DNA of 64,000 nt from Candidatus Poribacteria bacterium. GTDB lineage: Bacteria; Poribacteria; WGA-4E; PCPOR2b. The position numbers and the translations under genes are program-made. Positions 49,435 through 59,207 of the stretch are shown piece after piece (positions within the stretch are counted from its first letter, which is position 1; each line of letters begins with the position of its first letter). The notes below the pieces were generated by a model. It was not told where the DNA came from, searched no databases, and saw only the letters and a list, made by a program, of their open reading frames with translations. The stretch spans positions 5,824,001 through 5,888,000 of the forward strand of contig OZ244042.1 in NCBI GenBank assembly GCA_965215015.1, written 5' to 3'.

Positions 49435-51948
49435 TTGAAAAACAAAATAGTGAAACATTCCTTGCTAAGATGGACGACGAGTTTACATCTGTTCTCTGTC
49501 TCCCTGTTGCTAGCTTTGGTGCTGCCCCTCGCAGCACTATCTCAAACCGGGACGATTGAAGGTTCCGTCTATGATGGAAGCACCAACGCCCCGGTAGTCG
49601 GCGCAGAAGTCAATCTCCTGGGAACCGATGAACGCCAAACAACTGACACGGAAGGCAAATTCTGGTTTATAGAAATCACCCCAGGCACCTACACCGTGTC
49701 AATAACCCACACAATGTACAGCACTCCTACGGAAACCGATATAGAGGTAAACGCAGGGCGTACCACCCAAGTAAAGCTGTACCTCGGTGAAGTGCTCATG
49801 CTAGAGGAAGTTATTGTTGAGGGGGAACGTCTCCCGCCAACGATTAGTCGAAAAGACATCCGTGGGAGCGAACTGAGACGCCTGCCCGGCGTCGCTAATG
49901 ACGCCCTCAAAGGGCTGACGACACTTCCGAGCGTCGGTGTCCCCAATGATTATTTCGGTATTCTCTATATCCGTGGAAGTGAGCCAGGATCTAACCTCTA
50001 CTATTTCGACCGGACACCGCTTGGGTATCCGTTTCACTGGGGTGGTCTTCTCTCAACCGTTAGCTCGGAAGTCATTGATAAAATTGACATCTATGCCGGC
50101 GGATACGGCGCAGAATTTGGATTAGATGCACAGGCTGTGCTAGACATCCACTCGCGCGATAGCCTAGAGAAACAGAAGAGCGGCAAATTTAACCTAAATA
50201 TCTTCTACTCTGAAGGGATGCTTGAACGCACAATTGGGGATGAGGGATACGCGTCTATTGCCGGACGACGGAGCTATATCGATCTCATTGTCGGACGATT
50301 CGTTGATGGACAGTTTCCCTATTTTTCAGATTATCAACTCAAATTCGCCTATCCTCTCGGTAAAAAGCATCGCCTAATGCTCAATGCCTTTGCGGCAACA
50401 GACCATTTCCACATTGAGGAAACGACATCTGTAGAAGCGCCGGAAGTGAGGAGGGACGGAAGTGAAGTGGAAGAAAGAACACGGACATTTGAAGGTGCGC
50501 GCACCTCTGCCTTTTTCAAAAATGGGTTTAACGCGCAAGGCATCCATCTCCGTTCAAATTTCACCGAAAATCTCACCTCTCAATTCTCGTTCACCCGTTC
50601 CTTCAATTTTCTCACTATCGACTTTGAGGCACCCATCACTGAGTCGTATGAATTTGATTCGGATGGAGAACTTATCCTTGAAGTAGACTACGTCCATTAT
50701 GATGTAAACATTAAGGTTCCGGTCTATACGCTTAGGGAAGACGTGTCCTACAGGTTAAACCTGCATCCTGATGATATGAGTAGTCAAAACACGCCGGCTG
50801 CGTTGGAAACAGGCTTCCTCATCTCCTTCAGTCCTGCCAATAGTTTCGAGGACAGCAGGATCCCACAATATGAAGAGCGCGGGGAGCCCGTAGAAACGGT
50901 TACTCCAATCGTTGAAGATGGAGAGATAGTAGGAGAAACCATTGTGTATGAACGGCAGCACGAGTTAGTCGGTATCACAGAGGGCAACTACGAATTCGGG
51001 CACAATTTCCGTCGCGCTGAAGGCTACTTGCAGGGGCGATATGACCCGTTACCCTTTCTATCCGGCGCGCTAGGGGTTCGGTTGGATTATCTAAGTGTGA
51101 CGGAGCAGCTCTCCATTCAACCGAGGGGAAGCTTAAGTTTTGTACTGCCGAGTGATTCCAACCTCCGACTCGCGTATGGATATTATGAACAGAGTCCACA
51201 ACCGCATCAGATACTGTCGGAAAACGGGAACCCCGCGTTAGAATCGAGCCTCGCTCGACACTATATCATGGAACTAGAACACGAACTTTCATCTCGAACG
51301 GAATTCAAGTTTGCGACCTATTACAAAGACATACAGAAATTGGTCACAACGGATGAGATAGCGAATTATCTTAATCAAGGTACTGCGTATGTTAGCGGCG
51401 TAGAGGCATTCCTGCGGCACCGTGTGCCAGATAAGTTCTTCGGTTGGATTTCGTATGCCTACACACACGCTGAGCGGCGCGAGAATCCGGAGGTTTCCTA
51501 TCAACCTTATTTTTTTGATAACACAAATATTGTTAGCATTGTTGCCAATTATAACTTCACACCCAAGTTTGAGATTGGCGCGAAGTGGCAGTATTTGAAC
51601 GGAACAACCGAAGTGCCAATCAGCTCTATCGTTCTCATTCAAGACCCAATCACACGCGGATTGAACCCGCTTTTGGCGAGCGTTGATGAATCCCTCACGG
51701 CCGAACTGACCCCGTACCACAAGTTGGATCTCCGGGTGGGTTACAAATTCGACTTTATGGGCTTACGGGTAGGCGGGTTCCTTGATATTCTGAACATCTA
51801 CAACCGGAAAAATACTGTGAAATTCGTCTTTACTCCGGACTCGCCGCTTGAAGTCCAAGGGGAAGAGGTAGAGATCGAAGAACCTGAAATCTTTGAAGAA
51901 CAGCAATTCCCACGTATCCCCTATATGGGTCTAACTGTTGAATTTTGA
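49435..51948 (+). CDS. TonB-dependent receptor with N-terminal carboxypeptidase-regulatory-like domain
   Basis: Signal peptide, G.I.G.V.D...P..GA.V, plug motif YIRG, LDLRV, NIYN, C-terminal F. Confidence 0.9.
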   Translation: MKNKIVKHSLLRWTTSLHLFSVSLLLALVLPLAALSQTGTIEGSVYDGSTNAPVVGAEVNLLGTDERQTTDTEGKFWFIEITPGTYTVSITHTMYSTPTETDIEVNAGRTTQVKLYLGEVLMLEEVIVEGERLPPTISRKDIRGSELRRLPGVANDALKGLTTLPSVGVPNDYFGILYIRGSEPGSNLYYFDRTPLGYPFHWGGLLSTVSSEVIDKIDIYAGGYGAEFGLDAQAVLDIHSRDSLEKQKSGKFNLNIFYSEGMLERTIGDEGYASIAGRRSYIDLIVGRFVDGQFPYFSDYQLKFAYPLGKKHRLMLNAFAATDHFHIEETTSVEAPEVRRDGSEVEERTRTFEGARTSAFFKNGFNAQGIHLRSNFTENLTSQFSFTRSFNFLTIDFEAPITESYEFDSDGELILEVDYVHYDVNIKVPVYTLREDVSYRLNLHPDDMSSQNTPAALETGFLISFSPANSFEDSRIPQYEERGEPVETVTPIVEDGEIVGETIVYERQHELVGITEGNYEFGHNFRRAEGYLQGRYDPLPFLSGALGVRLDYLSVTEQLSIQPRGSLSFVLPSDSNLRLAYGYYEQSPQPHQILSENGNPALESSLARHYIMELEHELSSRTEFKFATYYKDIQKLVTTDEIANYLNQGTAYVSGVEAFLRHRVPDKFFGWISYAYTHAERRENPEVSYQPYFFDNTNIVSIVANYNFTPKFEIGAKWQYLNGTTEVPISSIVLIQDPITRGLNPLLASVDESLTAELTPYHKLDLRVGYKFDFMGLRVGGFLDILNIYNRKNTVKFVFTPDSPLEVQGEEVEIEEPEIFEEQQFPRIPYMGLTVEF

Positions 51949-52093
51949 AGCCTCGCGGTTGAAAGAGAGAGGAGTTGAGGAAGCGAGGGGGCGGGAAAAC
52001 GGGATAAAATTAACCGCAGACGCGAAGAACGCAGAGATTTTTATGTTTTTCTCTGTGACCTCTGCGGCTCTGTGAAATGTAATCAAGCTTTCA

Positions 52094-52117
52094 ACGCGCA
52101 ATAAATTGCGCTACTAC
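52094..52117 (-). repeat. GTAG-type REP
   Basis: Reverse complement GTAGTAGCGCAATTTATTGCGCGT; copies at 26140, 39170, 57958 and 58965. Confidence 0.75.
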
Positions 52118-52273
52118 GAACTAGAGAACAAAGCAGAAATATAGAATCACCCAGAAGACAGAGAAATCGCTAAAAGATTACAATAGGCGGCACGCCCCAC
52201 GGGCACGCCCCCTGCTGGCGGGGGATAGAGTTCTTAACATAAATGTCAACACGCCCTAGCAACTTGGGTGTAT

Positions 52274-55200
52274 TTAGATTAACGCCGCGCTGCAGATAAT
52301 CTTGGGAACAGCTTCATTCTCAAGTTGGTCATCCCGCTGCCTCGATTCCCATTCCCCCATGTTATATTGGTGGTAAAGGTCGATCAGATTTTGTAATAAT
52401 ACCGTTCCAGTCACACCGTTTCGGCGCAGTAAATTGAGATCTCGATTCACGGCGGTCGTCATTGTCCCACGGAACACCTTTTCCAACCTGCTAGCTTGAG
52501 CAGCAACGTCCTCATCTGACGCGTTCGCAAAAATGAGTCGCAATTCCTTTAGTATGTACTGTTGTGCTGGCTTCAGGGAAAGTTTGTGCTTGCGCTCCGA
52601 TTGCGAGTTTTTGATTTCCTGAGTGAATAACTGCTTGACCCCCATGAGGACTGCGTTATAATCCGTAGGCAACTCGCCCCCGGCAAGTTCCGGTTCACAC
52701 TTAATCTGATTGAGGATGCGGGAGATGTCTCTGGAAATAATGTTACCTTGTTCGTCTAAAAGGAACAGTTGTTGATAACGCCCCGCTTGGCAGAACAGAT
52801 AGGTTCCTTTTGAACCTATTGGCATTGCTGCGCGAATCCCGTCTCTCAGATTCGCAATTCGTTCGTACTCCATCGGGTCGTCGCGCCGCAGCTGCCTCAG
52901 GATTTCTTCGGCTTCGTTGAGGTCAATAGTCTTTTCATCTTCGTCATCTTCAAACAGGCCCAACTGCTCGCCTTCCCCCTCATAGATGGCATACATCGCT
53001 GCTTCGTTAAGTTGTTCCGAGTTATCGAGGATAGCCGCGTCCTCGCCAATCGTATCGTGAATATCTTGGATGCGATGCTGAAGGATTTGTCGCAACCCCA
53101 AATTTTGTTCGATGCCAGTTTCTGGTAGAAAGTTGAAGCCGTAAATCACATCGTGCGCGCTACCGATACGGTCAATACGCCCGAATCGCTGGATCAATCG
53201 TACGGGATTCCAGTGGAGGTCGTAGTTAATAATTTTGTCGCTGTCCTGTAAGTTGAGCCCTTCTGCCAGCACGTCGGTAGCGATGAGGGTAGACAATTCC
53301 GACTCTCCGCGCTGAAATTGGTACTCTGGATTTGCTTTCGGTGCGAAACGCCCCACTGCTCGTTCTTTGCTTTTGTCACCGCTATAGATTACATCAACAT
53401 CAGCCCGTTTGCCATTAGGGTTCAGGTTGCCAAACAGATAACGCGCTGTATCCGCATATTGGGTGAAGATTAGACATTTCCCCTCGTTAAGTGGCGGTTC
53501 CGCCAATCGTTTTTTGAGGATTTGCAACTTCGCATCTTGCGCGGCGGTGATTGGTGATACAAGCCCCAACATTGTGCGTAGCAATTGGATGTCATGTTCA
53601 ATATCTGCACGCAGTTCATCAATTTTGAAATCCGCAATATTGTATTGTACTGAAGCATGCCGCAACGCCTCCATCAGGTCCTGTTCCTCCGCCTCGTTGG
53701 GTTCGTAGAGGATGTTTTGTGCTGCCTCACCGGCAGGGACAATGCCACCTTCAAGGGCTTCGAGAAAGCGTTTATGGACCTCCAACAACCGATGCACCGT
53801 TACCTTAAAAGCGTGCACACTGGATTCAAACCGTTTGAATAGGAGTATCCGCATCAACCCACGAAGGTTTATTCCTGAGCTTTGCAAGTTGGTGTAAGGC
53901 TCTTGTTTCTGCTTTGCCTCGATCACGTAGTTCCAAAGCCCGTAACGGGCATAGGTTAATTCATCAGCCGAGGAGGAGCTCAACGGGCTGCCGCGCGGTG
54001 TTCCCAAATGCTCCCGCAGCTTAAAGTAAAGGCCCTGATAGGTGTCCTCGATATTGTAGGAGATAGTTTCTAAGACACGCTTCGGGAAGAACTGCTTTTC
54101 CCCACCGACAACGACGTAAGCCTTGCGATGTCCATCAAGGTACTCCTGAAATTTCGATGGATCAACGGGTTGGTCGGTCTTTCCATCGAAACCGTACCAG
54201 CGCAGGATGTGATTACGGGTGCGTCGGAGGAGGATATTCCTCAATAGGTCGGGGAGATTTTTTTCTCGCTTCTCAATCTGGCGAAAATATGTCCGCAGGT
54301 TGGGCGGATCTATTGGTAAATCGGTGACGTCATCGGGATGAAAGAGTTTCATCTGGTGGTATATGTCCCAAGCACTCTTGTTGCGCGGCGTCGCCGTGAG
54401 AAAACAACACCGCTGTCCGGCGGTTAAAAAGGTTTCCAACACTTTGTAGCGTTGCGTGTCGGAGTGGCGGAAATTATGGCTCTCGTCAACCAGTATGAAA
54501 TTCCGATCGCGGTATATCACGTCATCAAGAATATCCTGTCCACCGCCACTTTCTCGTAAAGCTCCTATAGAAAGGACACGGGCGTTGAGTTGGTACACCT
54601 CATTGTAGCGATCCCACATTTTAACCAACGGAGCGGGACAGATAATCAGTGGACGTGCCTTTTCCGTCCGTTCAAAATGCTTGACAATCGCTGCGCCGAT
54701 GTAGCTTTTACCGAGACCGACAACATCTGCAACAAAGGCTCCGCCATAATCCCGAATAATCTGCACCGCCTGTTGGACAGCAACTTTCTGGAAATCCGCT
54801 AACTGTTTGGTAATGTCATCTTCCCAGAGCATGTCCCCCTCATCGCCCCCTTCAAGACGGTCTTTAACCAATTCATAAAGTGTTTTCATGTAAATGTCAT
54901 AGGGACTCACCGGGGCAATCGCCCAAGATGATTGTAGTACCTCCATCAGAGATTCATCGAAATCCTGCGCTTCATCCCAGAGTTCGTCGAACCAGCGACA
55001 CAGTTCAGCATGATTGGCGTTCCCTTGCACCACAACGTTTAACTCGGTATTGTGGCTCACACCGGATAGCGTGAGGTTAGACGACCCCACAACAGCGATG
55101 CCCTTTTCGTAACGCTCCTTACCACCATAATCAAATATGTAGGCTTTGGCGTGGAGTCGCCCTTTGGTATAGACGCGGGCAAGTAGCCGCTTTTCTACTA

Positions 55201-55582
55201 TCATCTTTGCCAGCATTTTAATCAATGCCTCACTTTCATCGGTCTGGTCCATCAACTCGACCGACTCCGTGATATTCTCTGCGGTTTCTGCCCTCATCTG
55301 CTGATTTTTGGTTCGCTTGGGGTAAGTCTGGGCTTCTGCAACATTGGCAACCTGTTCTAATCTGCGATACCCTTCTGCTAGCTGCTCTAACGTCTCACGA
55401 TTGGTGGTATTGCCGATCAGCAGGCGGAGCTCTTTGACCTGCTGGAGCTCTTTCGCAATGCTTTGAAATCCTGATAGGAAAAAGTAACCCACTGCGAATC
55501 GTGCTCTTTCAGTAGAGTCGAGGATGAGGTTGATGTGGTCAACCAACTTTTCGTTGCGGTTGTCGATGACGTCGTGTTTCAT
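52274..55582 (-). CDS. PLD-nuclease + SNF2-type SF2 helicase fusion (restriction/defence-associated)
   Basis: HAKAYIFD (HxKxxxxD) and GSSNLT; ADVVGLGKS, DESH, TATP, QRFGRIDR. Confidence 0.9.
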   Translation of the reverse strand: MKHDVIDNRNEKLVDHINLILDSTERARFAVGYFFLSGFQSIAKELQQVKELRLLIGNTTNRETLEQLAEGYRRLEQVANVAEAQTYPKRTKNQQMRAETAENITESVELMDQTDESEALIKMLAKMIVEKRLLARVYTKGRLHAKAYIFDYGGKERYEKGIAVVGSSNLTLSGVSHNTELNVVVQGNANHAELCRWFDELWDEAQDFDESLMEVLQSSWAIAPVSPYDIYMKTLYELVKDRLEGGDEGDMLWEDDITKQLADFQKVAVQQAVQIIRDYGGAFVADVVGLGKSYIGAAIVKHFERTEKARPLIICPAPLVKMWDRYNEVYQLNARVLSIGALRESGGGQDILDDVIYRDRNFILVDESHNFRHSDTQRYKVLETFLTAGQRCCFLTATPRNKSAWDIYHQMKLFHPDDVTDLPIDPPNLRTYFRQIEKREKNLPDLLRNILLRRTRNHILRWYGFDGKTDQPVDPSKFQEYLDGHRKAYVVVGGEKQFFPKRVLETISYNIEDTYQGLYFKLREHLGTPRGSPLSSSSADELTYARYGLWNYVIEAKQKQEPYTNLQSSGINLRGLMRILLFKRFESSVHAFKVTVHRLLEVHKRFLEALEGGIVPAGEAAQNILYEPNEAEEQDLMEALRHASVQYNIADFKIDELRADIEHDIQLLRTMLGLVSPITAAQDAKLQILKKRLAEPPLNEGKCLIFTQYADTARYLFGNLNPNGKRADVDVIYSGDKSKERAVGRFAPKANPEYQFQRGESELSTLIATDVLAEGLNLQDSDKIINYDLHWNPVRLIQRFGRIDRIGSAHDVIYGFNFLPETGIEQNLGLRQILQHRIQDIHDTIGEDAAILDNSEQLNEAAMYAIYEGEGEQLGLFEDDEDEKTIDLNEAEEILRQLRRDDPMEYERIANLRDGIRAAMPIGSKGTYLFCQAGRYQQLFLLDEQGNIISRDISRILNQIKCEPELAGGELPTDYNAVLMGVKQLFTQEIKNSQSERKHKLSLKPAQQYILKELRLIFANASDEDVAAQASRLEKVFRGTMTTAVNRDLNLLRRNGVTGTVLLQNLIDLYHQYNMGEWESRQRDDQLENEAVPKIICSAALI

Positions 55583-55633
55583 TTCGGTTGCTTTCCCTAA
55601 TTTTTTTCGTTCAATCCCTTAAGGAATGAATGG

Positions 55634-55951
55634 TTACTCTGTCCGCAACGTTTGTCCGATATATTCGTCGTGTCGCTCGCTGAGATTAGTGGCTTTGTAT
55701 TCTAACGTACCCGCCAACGCTAGTAGTGGATCGGGATTGTCGGACATCGTTTTCCGTAAGTAACTGTCGTTTTCTACTATCTTGTCTAAGGCACTTTCGG
55801 CAGATAAATTTGCCTGCTTGTGTTCACGCCTTTCAACTAGAGCTACAATCCATCGAACGGTCATTTCCTCGGGAGCGTTCCCAAATTGTTGGGCAATACG
55901 TTTTAGGGAATGATACAATCTGTTCTCAAGTTTGACCGTTAATGTTTGCAT
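55634..55951 (-). CDS. Antitoxin-like protein (RHH-like N terminus), no toxin adjacent
   Basis: MQTLTVKLE..LY..LKR.A start; DPLL.LAG....LSERHDEY tail; AGGAG RBS. Confidence 0.55.
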   Translation of the reverse strand: MQTLTVKLENRLYHSLKRIAQQFGNAPEEMTVRWIVALVERREHKQANLSAESALDKIVENDSYLRKTMSDNPDPLLALAGTLEYKATNLSERHDEYIGQTLRTE

Positions 55952-55983
55952 TGGCTTGTATCTCCTACGGGATGTGATCGTTA

Positions 55984-56454
55984 TTACTCCCTTGCCCAAT
56001 CCACCAGTGCTTTATCCGGAGATGGGATGTCATTGATGGATGTGAAATAGTAGCGTTCCCATCCGAGATGAGGCAGACCGCTGAAAATCATCAGGTTGAG
56101 TGGGTATTCATCGCTATCGGCGGCATGTCGGAAGTCGTCCCGAAATAGGAAGGTGGGCTTGCCTAGTGCTATCGCTATCCCTAGCTCAATCATGACTCCT
56201 TCATCTGGCGGTATTCCGTTCACGACCGCAAAAATAGCGTCCGCGTCGAATACGTCCTGTTTGTCCTGCTGTCCAATTCGGTACGCCCAGTCGGAGGAGG
56301 ATCTGTCTTGGTTATTGCGTTCAAACGGCTCCCATACCTCTAAGCCAATCGCTTCCAATGCCTTGACGAGAGCGGGTAACACGGTTTCCCGCTGCTGCTC
56401 TGAGAAGCCGTAGGGATTCGCAAGATATATTATCTTTTTTTTATTTATGGTCAT
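55984..56454 (-). CDS. Nucleoside 2-deoxyribosyltransferase family protein
   Basis: IYLA.P, D...V..AD, D.G...ELG.A.ALGKP catalytic Glu motif. Confidence 0.85.
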   Translation of the reverse strand: MTINKKKIIYLANPYGFSEQQRETVLPALVKALEAIGLEVWEPFERNNQDRSSSDWAYRIGQQDKQDVFDADAIFAVVNGIPPDEGVMIELGIAIALGKPTFLFRDDFRHAADSDEYPLNLMIFSGLPHLGWERYYFTSINDIPSPDKALVDWARE

Positions 56455-56459
56455 CGGTC

Positions 56460-57683
56460 TTACAATTTCCTTTCTTCTTGCAGGGATTTGGCCGCAAAAA
56501 TTGTTAAGCGTAATTCTTCGCCGAATAGTTCGTATACAGGGATTTTACCGCTCAGTTTCTCACTTTCGTTCAAAATGATGCCAACCCCTTCACCCCGACG
56601 TTCTAAAAAGTGTCGTCGCACTACCTGTGCATCCATATCATCGTTGAGTGTCGTTTCCGAAAGTAGGCGAGCGAGGAGTTCGTTACGGGTCGCTTGATTG
56701 TAGCGCAAATCGTCTACCGTTAAGGTATTTGCCAATGCACCCGGCGAATAGAGTTCCAACCGATCCATGAACATAAACAGACGAATCTTCGATCCAGCTT
56801 TTGAATAATCTCTATGTACGACGGCGTTAACCACTGCCTCAAAAATGGCTCTCATACTGTATTGTGATCGCTCTATTCTACCAATTTCCTTACGAGCCGA
56901 TACCTGGTTGTGTTTTTGAACAAATTTGAAGGCATCCACAATTTGTTGGTCCAGCGGCCCCCTAAAATCCTTAGCATCAATCTGGTAGTTCGCATCCCTT
57001 TCTATGCTATTATAGAAAACAGCTTGAATGAAACTGTTATAGAGGTAATCGTCCGGGCTATCATGACACATCAACAAACCGGCTACCGAGGCGCGGTACT
57101 CCTGACCCTCTTTGGCCAGCAAACGTCTTTTAAGTAGCAAGTTTTCTATCTTCCCACGATCAGTTGCTCCTTCTGTGATAAATCGCTGATACAGCGTTTC
57201 CTTTAATGTGTCTTTGTGGGTGTTGGGTACGAACTGTTCGTCAAAGGAGATTCTATGTGCCTGTGAGCGGCTTTGTAGCAATCGCCCCAGCTGCTCGGTG
57301 GTCATCTCCCTTTTGCTGCTGCCTTGGCGGAGGAAATAACCGTTAGATGTTTTGTGGACAAACGGGCTACGAGGCACCCCTATTTTTAGCAGATTTTTAT
57401 TATCCATCCGCAGCTTTTCTGTAACAATGTCAACCATGGGGTCAATGTTGTCCCGGCATATTTCAACCACTGTTTTCTCGATCCTGTCCAGATCTTGGCG
57501 GCTAATACCGATAATTTCGCTATCATCCTCAACACCGATCAGTATCACCCCACCGTTAGCGTTGGCGAAAGCAGCGATTTCATCAGCCAGGCCCTCTCTG
57601 TGAGGCAACTCTCTTTTAAATTCAATCGTTGAGTCCTCTCCCAAATCTATTTTTTCAATGAGCTCAGTTAAGCTGTCAAACAT
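56460..57683 (-). CDS. Schlafen/AlbA_2 domain + HATPase_c_4-like protein
   Basis: GE...IEFK, AAFAN..GG...IGV.D, EAVVNAVVHRDY, SPG.L, RN..LA..L, E..G.G. Confidence 0.88.
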   Translation of the reverse strand: MFDSLTELIEKIDLGEDSTIEFKRELPHREGLADEIAAFANANGGVILIGVEDDSEIIGISRQDLDRIEKTVVEICRDNIDPMVDIVTEKLRMDNKNLLKIGVPRSPFVHKTSNGYFLRQGSSKREMTTEQLGRLLQSRSQAHRISFDEQFVPNTHKDTLKETLYQRFITEGATDRGKIENLLLKRRLLAKEGQEYRASVAGLLMCHDSPDDYLYNSFIQAVFYNSIERDANYQIDAKDFRGPLDQQIVDAFKFVQKHNQVSARKEIGRIERSQYSMRAIFEAVVNAVVHRDYSKAGSKIRLFMFMDRLELYSPGALANTLTVDDLRYNQATRNELLARLLSETTLNDDMDAQVVRRHFLERRGEGVGIILNESEKLSGKIPVYELFGEELRLTIFAAKSLQEERKL

Positions 57684-57782
57684 TGCTTATTCCCCAAATC
57701 AATATATTAACTTTTGGTGCGAGTTGGTGAGACTGTCGTTTCCACATCTAAGCCCCCCTTCCCCCGCAAGCAGGGGGTTCTT

Positions 57783-58050
57783 TTCGACTTCCATGACCGC
57801 AACGCGAAAGAAAAAACCAGAATTTAGAGGTCCTCTAACCCGAGATTGGATGAGCTGTGGCGGACAATTTTGGGGAGAATCTAAATCTGTTAACATAAAC
57901 ATATAAGGGGGGCCGCAGCTAATCGATTCAGTTCTAAGGATTACCCCGTTTAGGCTCGTAGTAGCGCAATTCATTGCGCGTGGAATAGCCCCAGAACGCT
58001 TGCAGCGAGTGCACCCTCAACTCCAAGGATTACGCTGTTTAGGCGCATTA
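57783..58050 (-). pseudogene. Decayed copy of the DUF4276-like gene, with an inserted REP
   Basis: 57783-57935 is near-identical to 60929-61083; 58008-58050 matches 61189-61230. Confidence 0.8.
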
Positions 58051-58200
58051 GCCGTAAGCCTAACAAGTGGGAGTTGTCAACCTTCACGTTGAAAACATGA
58101 AGGTTATAAATCCTCCCCCTAACAATCAGCTAACAGAGAGACTAACAGACAGTTTTAAGCCAGAAGGTTATAAATCTTTTTGTTCAGCAAAAAGCCAACA

Positions 58201-58716
58201 TCAACTATCGTTGGCTCTTGGTGGGTTCTGACCATGATGTGTTAAGTGGTTGATATGGTTCTGGTTAAGTTGTCGGATGCCTGCTTCTATGTCCGATAGC
58301 CGCTGATTCATCTCAGTAAAACGATAATTGGTTTCGACTTGCATATCAGATAAACGCTGATTCATCTCAGTAAAACGATGATTGGTTTCGACTTGCATGT
58401 CAGATAATCGTTGATTGGTATCATCAATGCGCTTGTTTGTATCGTCGAATCGCTGGTTCATCGTGCCGATGACTTCATCAATGCGCTTGTTTGTATCGTC
58501 GAATCGCTGGTTCATCGTGCCGATGACTTCAACGAAACGCTTGTCCATCCGGTCTTCGAGGCGTTCAAACGCGTGAAAGAGCATCTCACTATGTTTTTCT
58601 ATCTTCTTATCGTTTTGCCCAATGCGGTAGAACATAATCGCTACATTCCCAATGAACGCAACCACAGCGAATGCCACCAGTATCAGGTGACTTGGGCTCC
58701 AGTCTGCAAAACTCAT
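58201..58716 (-). CDS. Membrane-anchored coiled-coil repeat protein, copy 1 (171 aa)
   Basis: MSFADWSPSH plus a TM helix, 7/11-residue repeats, C-terminal LNQNHINHLTHHG; AGGAAGG upstream. Confidence 0.8.
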   Translation of the reverse strand: MSFADWSPSHLILVAFAVVAFIGNVAIMFYRIGQNDKKIEKHSEMLFHAFERLEDRMDKRFVEVIGTMNQRFDDTNKRIDEVIGTMNQRFDDTNKRIDDTNQRLSDMQVETNHRFTEMNQRLSDMQVETNYRFTEMNQRLSDIEAGIRQLNQNHINHLTHHGQNPPRANDS

Positions 58717-58861
58717 TTGTATCGTGTCCTTCCTTTTGGCCGCTAGGGTTTGGCGGATGATTATTACTGTCTGCATTGTCAATCGTCGCAGCCTAACGGA
58801 TAGCACGCATTCAAAAATAGCCAATCAACTCAGAGAAGGGAATCGCTAGATACCTTCCCAC

Positions 58862-59057
58862 TCAGCTCTGAAAGGCATCCGAAACTAATTGGGCGCCGCG
58901 GATGCGGTCTAAGGTGACCCCGCAGCTGAGCGATTACGTTCTAAGGATTGCCCCGTTTAGGCTAGTAGGAGCGCAATTCATGCCGCGTAGAATAGCCCCC
59001 AAACGCTTGCAGCGAGTGCACCCTCAACTCCAAGGATTACGCTGTTTAGGCGCATTA
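58862..59057 (-). pseudogene. Decayed, internally deleted copy of the DUF4276-like gene
   Basis: Pieces match 60599-60649, 61051-61083 and 61189-61230; REP at 58965. Confidence 0.7.
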
Positions 59058-59207
59058 GCCGTAAGCCTAACAAGTGGGAGTTGTCAACATTCATGTTGAA
59101 AACATGAAGGTTATAAGTCCTCCCCCTAACAATCAGCTAACAGAGAGACTAACAGACAGTTTTAAGCCAGAAGGTTATAAATCTTTTTGTTCAGCAAAAA
59201 GCCAACA

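Noticed and set aside
55984-56454. Retron system suggested by the NDT gene
   Set aside because: No reverse transcriptase or msr/msd-like region in the window
57699-57974. 91-aa ORF as an independent gene
   Set aside because: It is a chimera of a REP, a DUF4276-like fragment and other repeats
58716-58824. 36-aa N-terminal extensions (MAIFE...) of the coiled-coil ORFs
   Set aside because: The TTG start lacks a clear RBS, while a purine-rich RBS-like tract precedes MSFADW; the extension cannot be fully excluded
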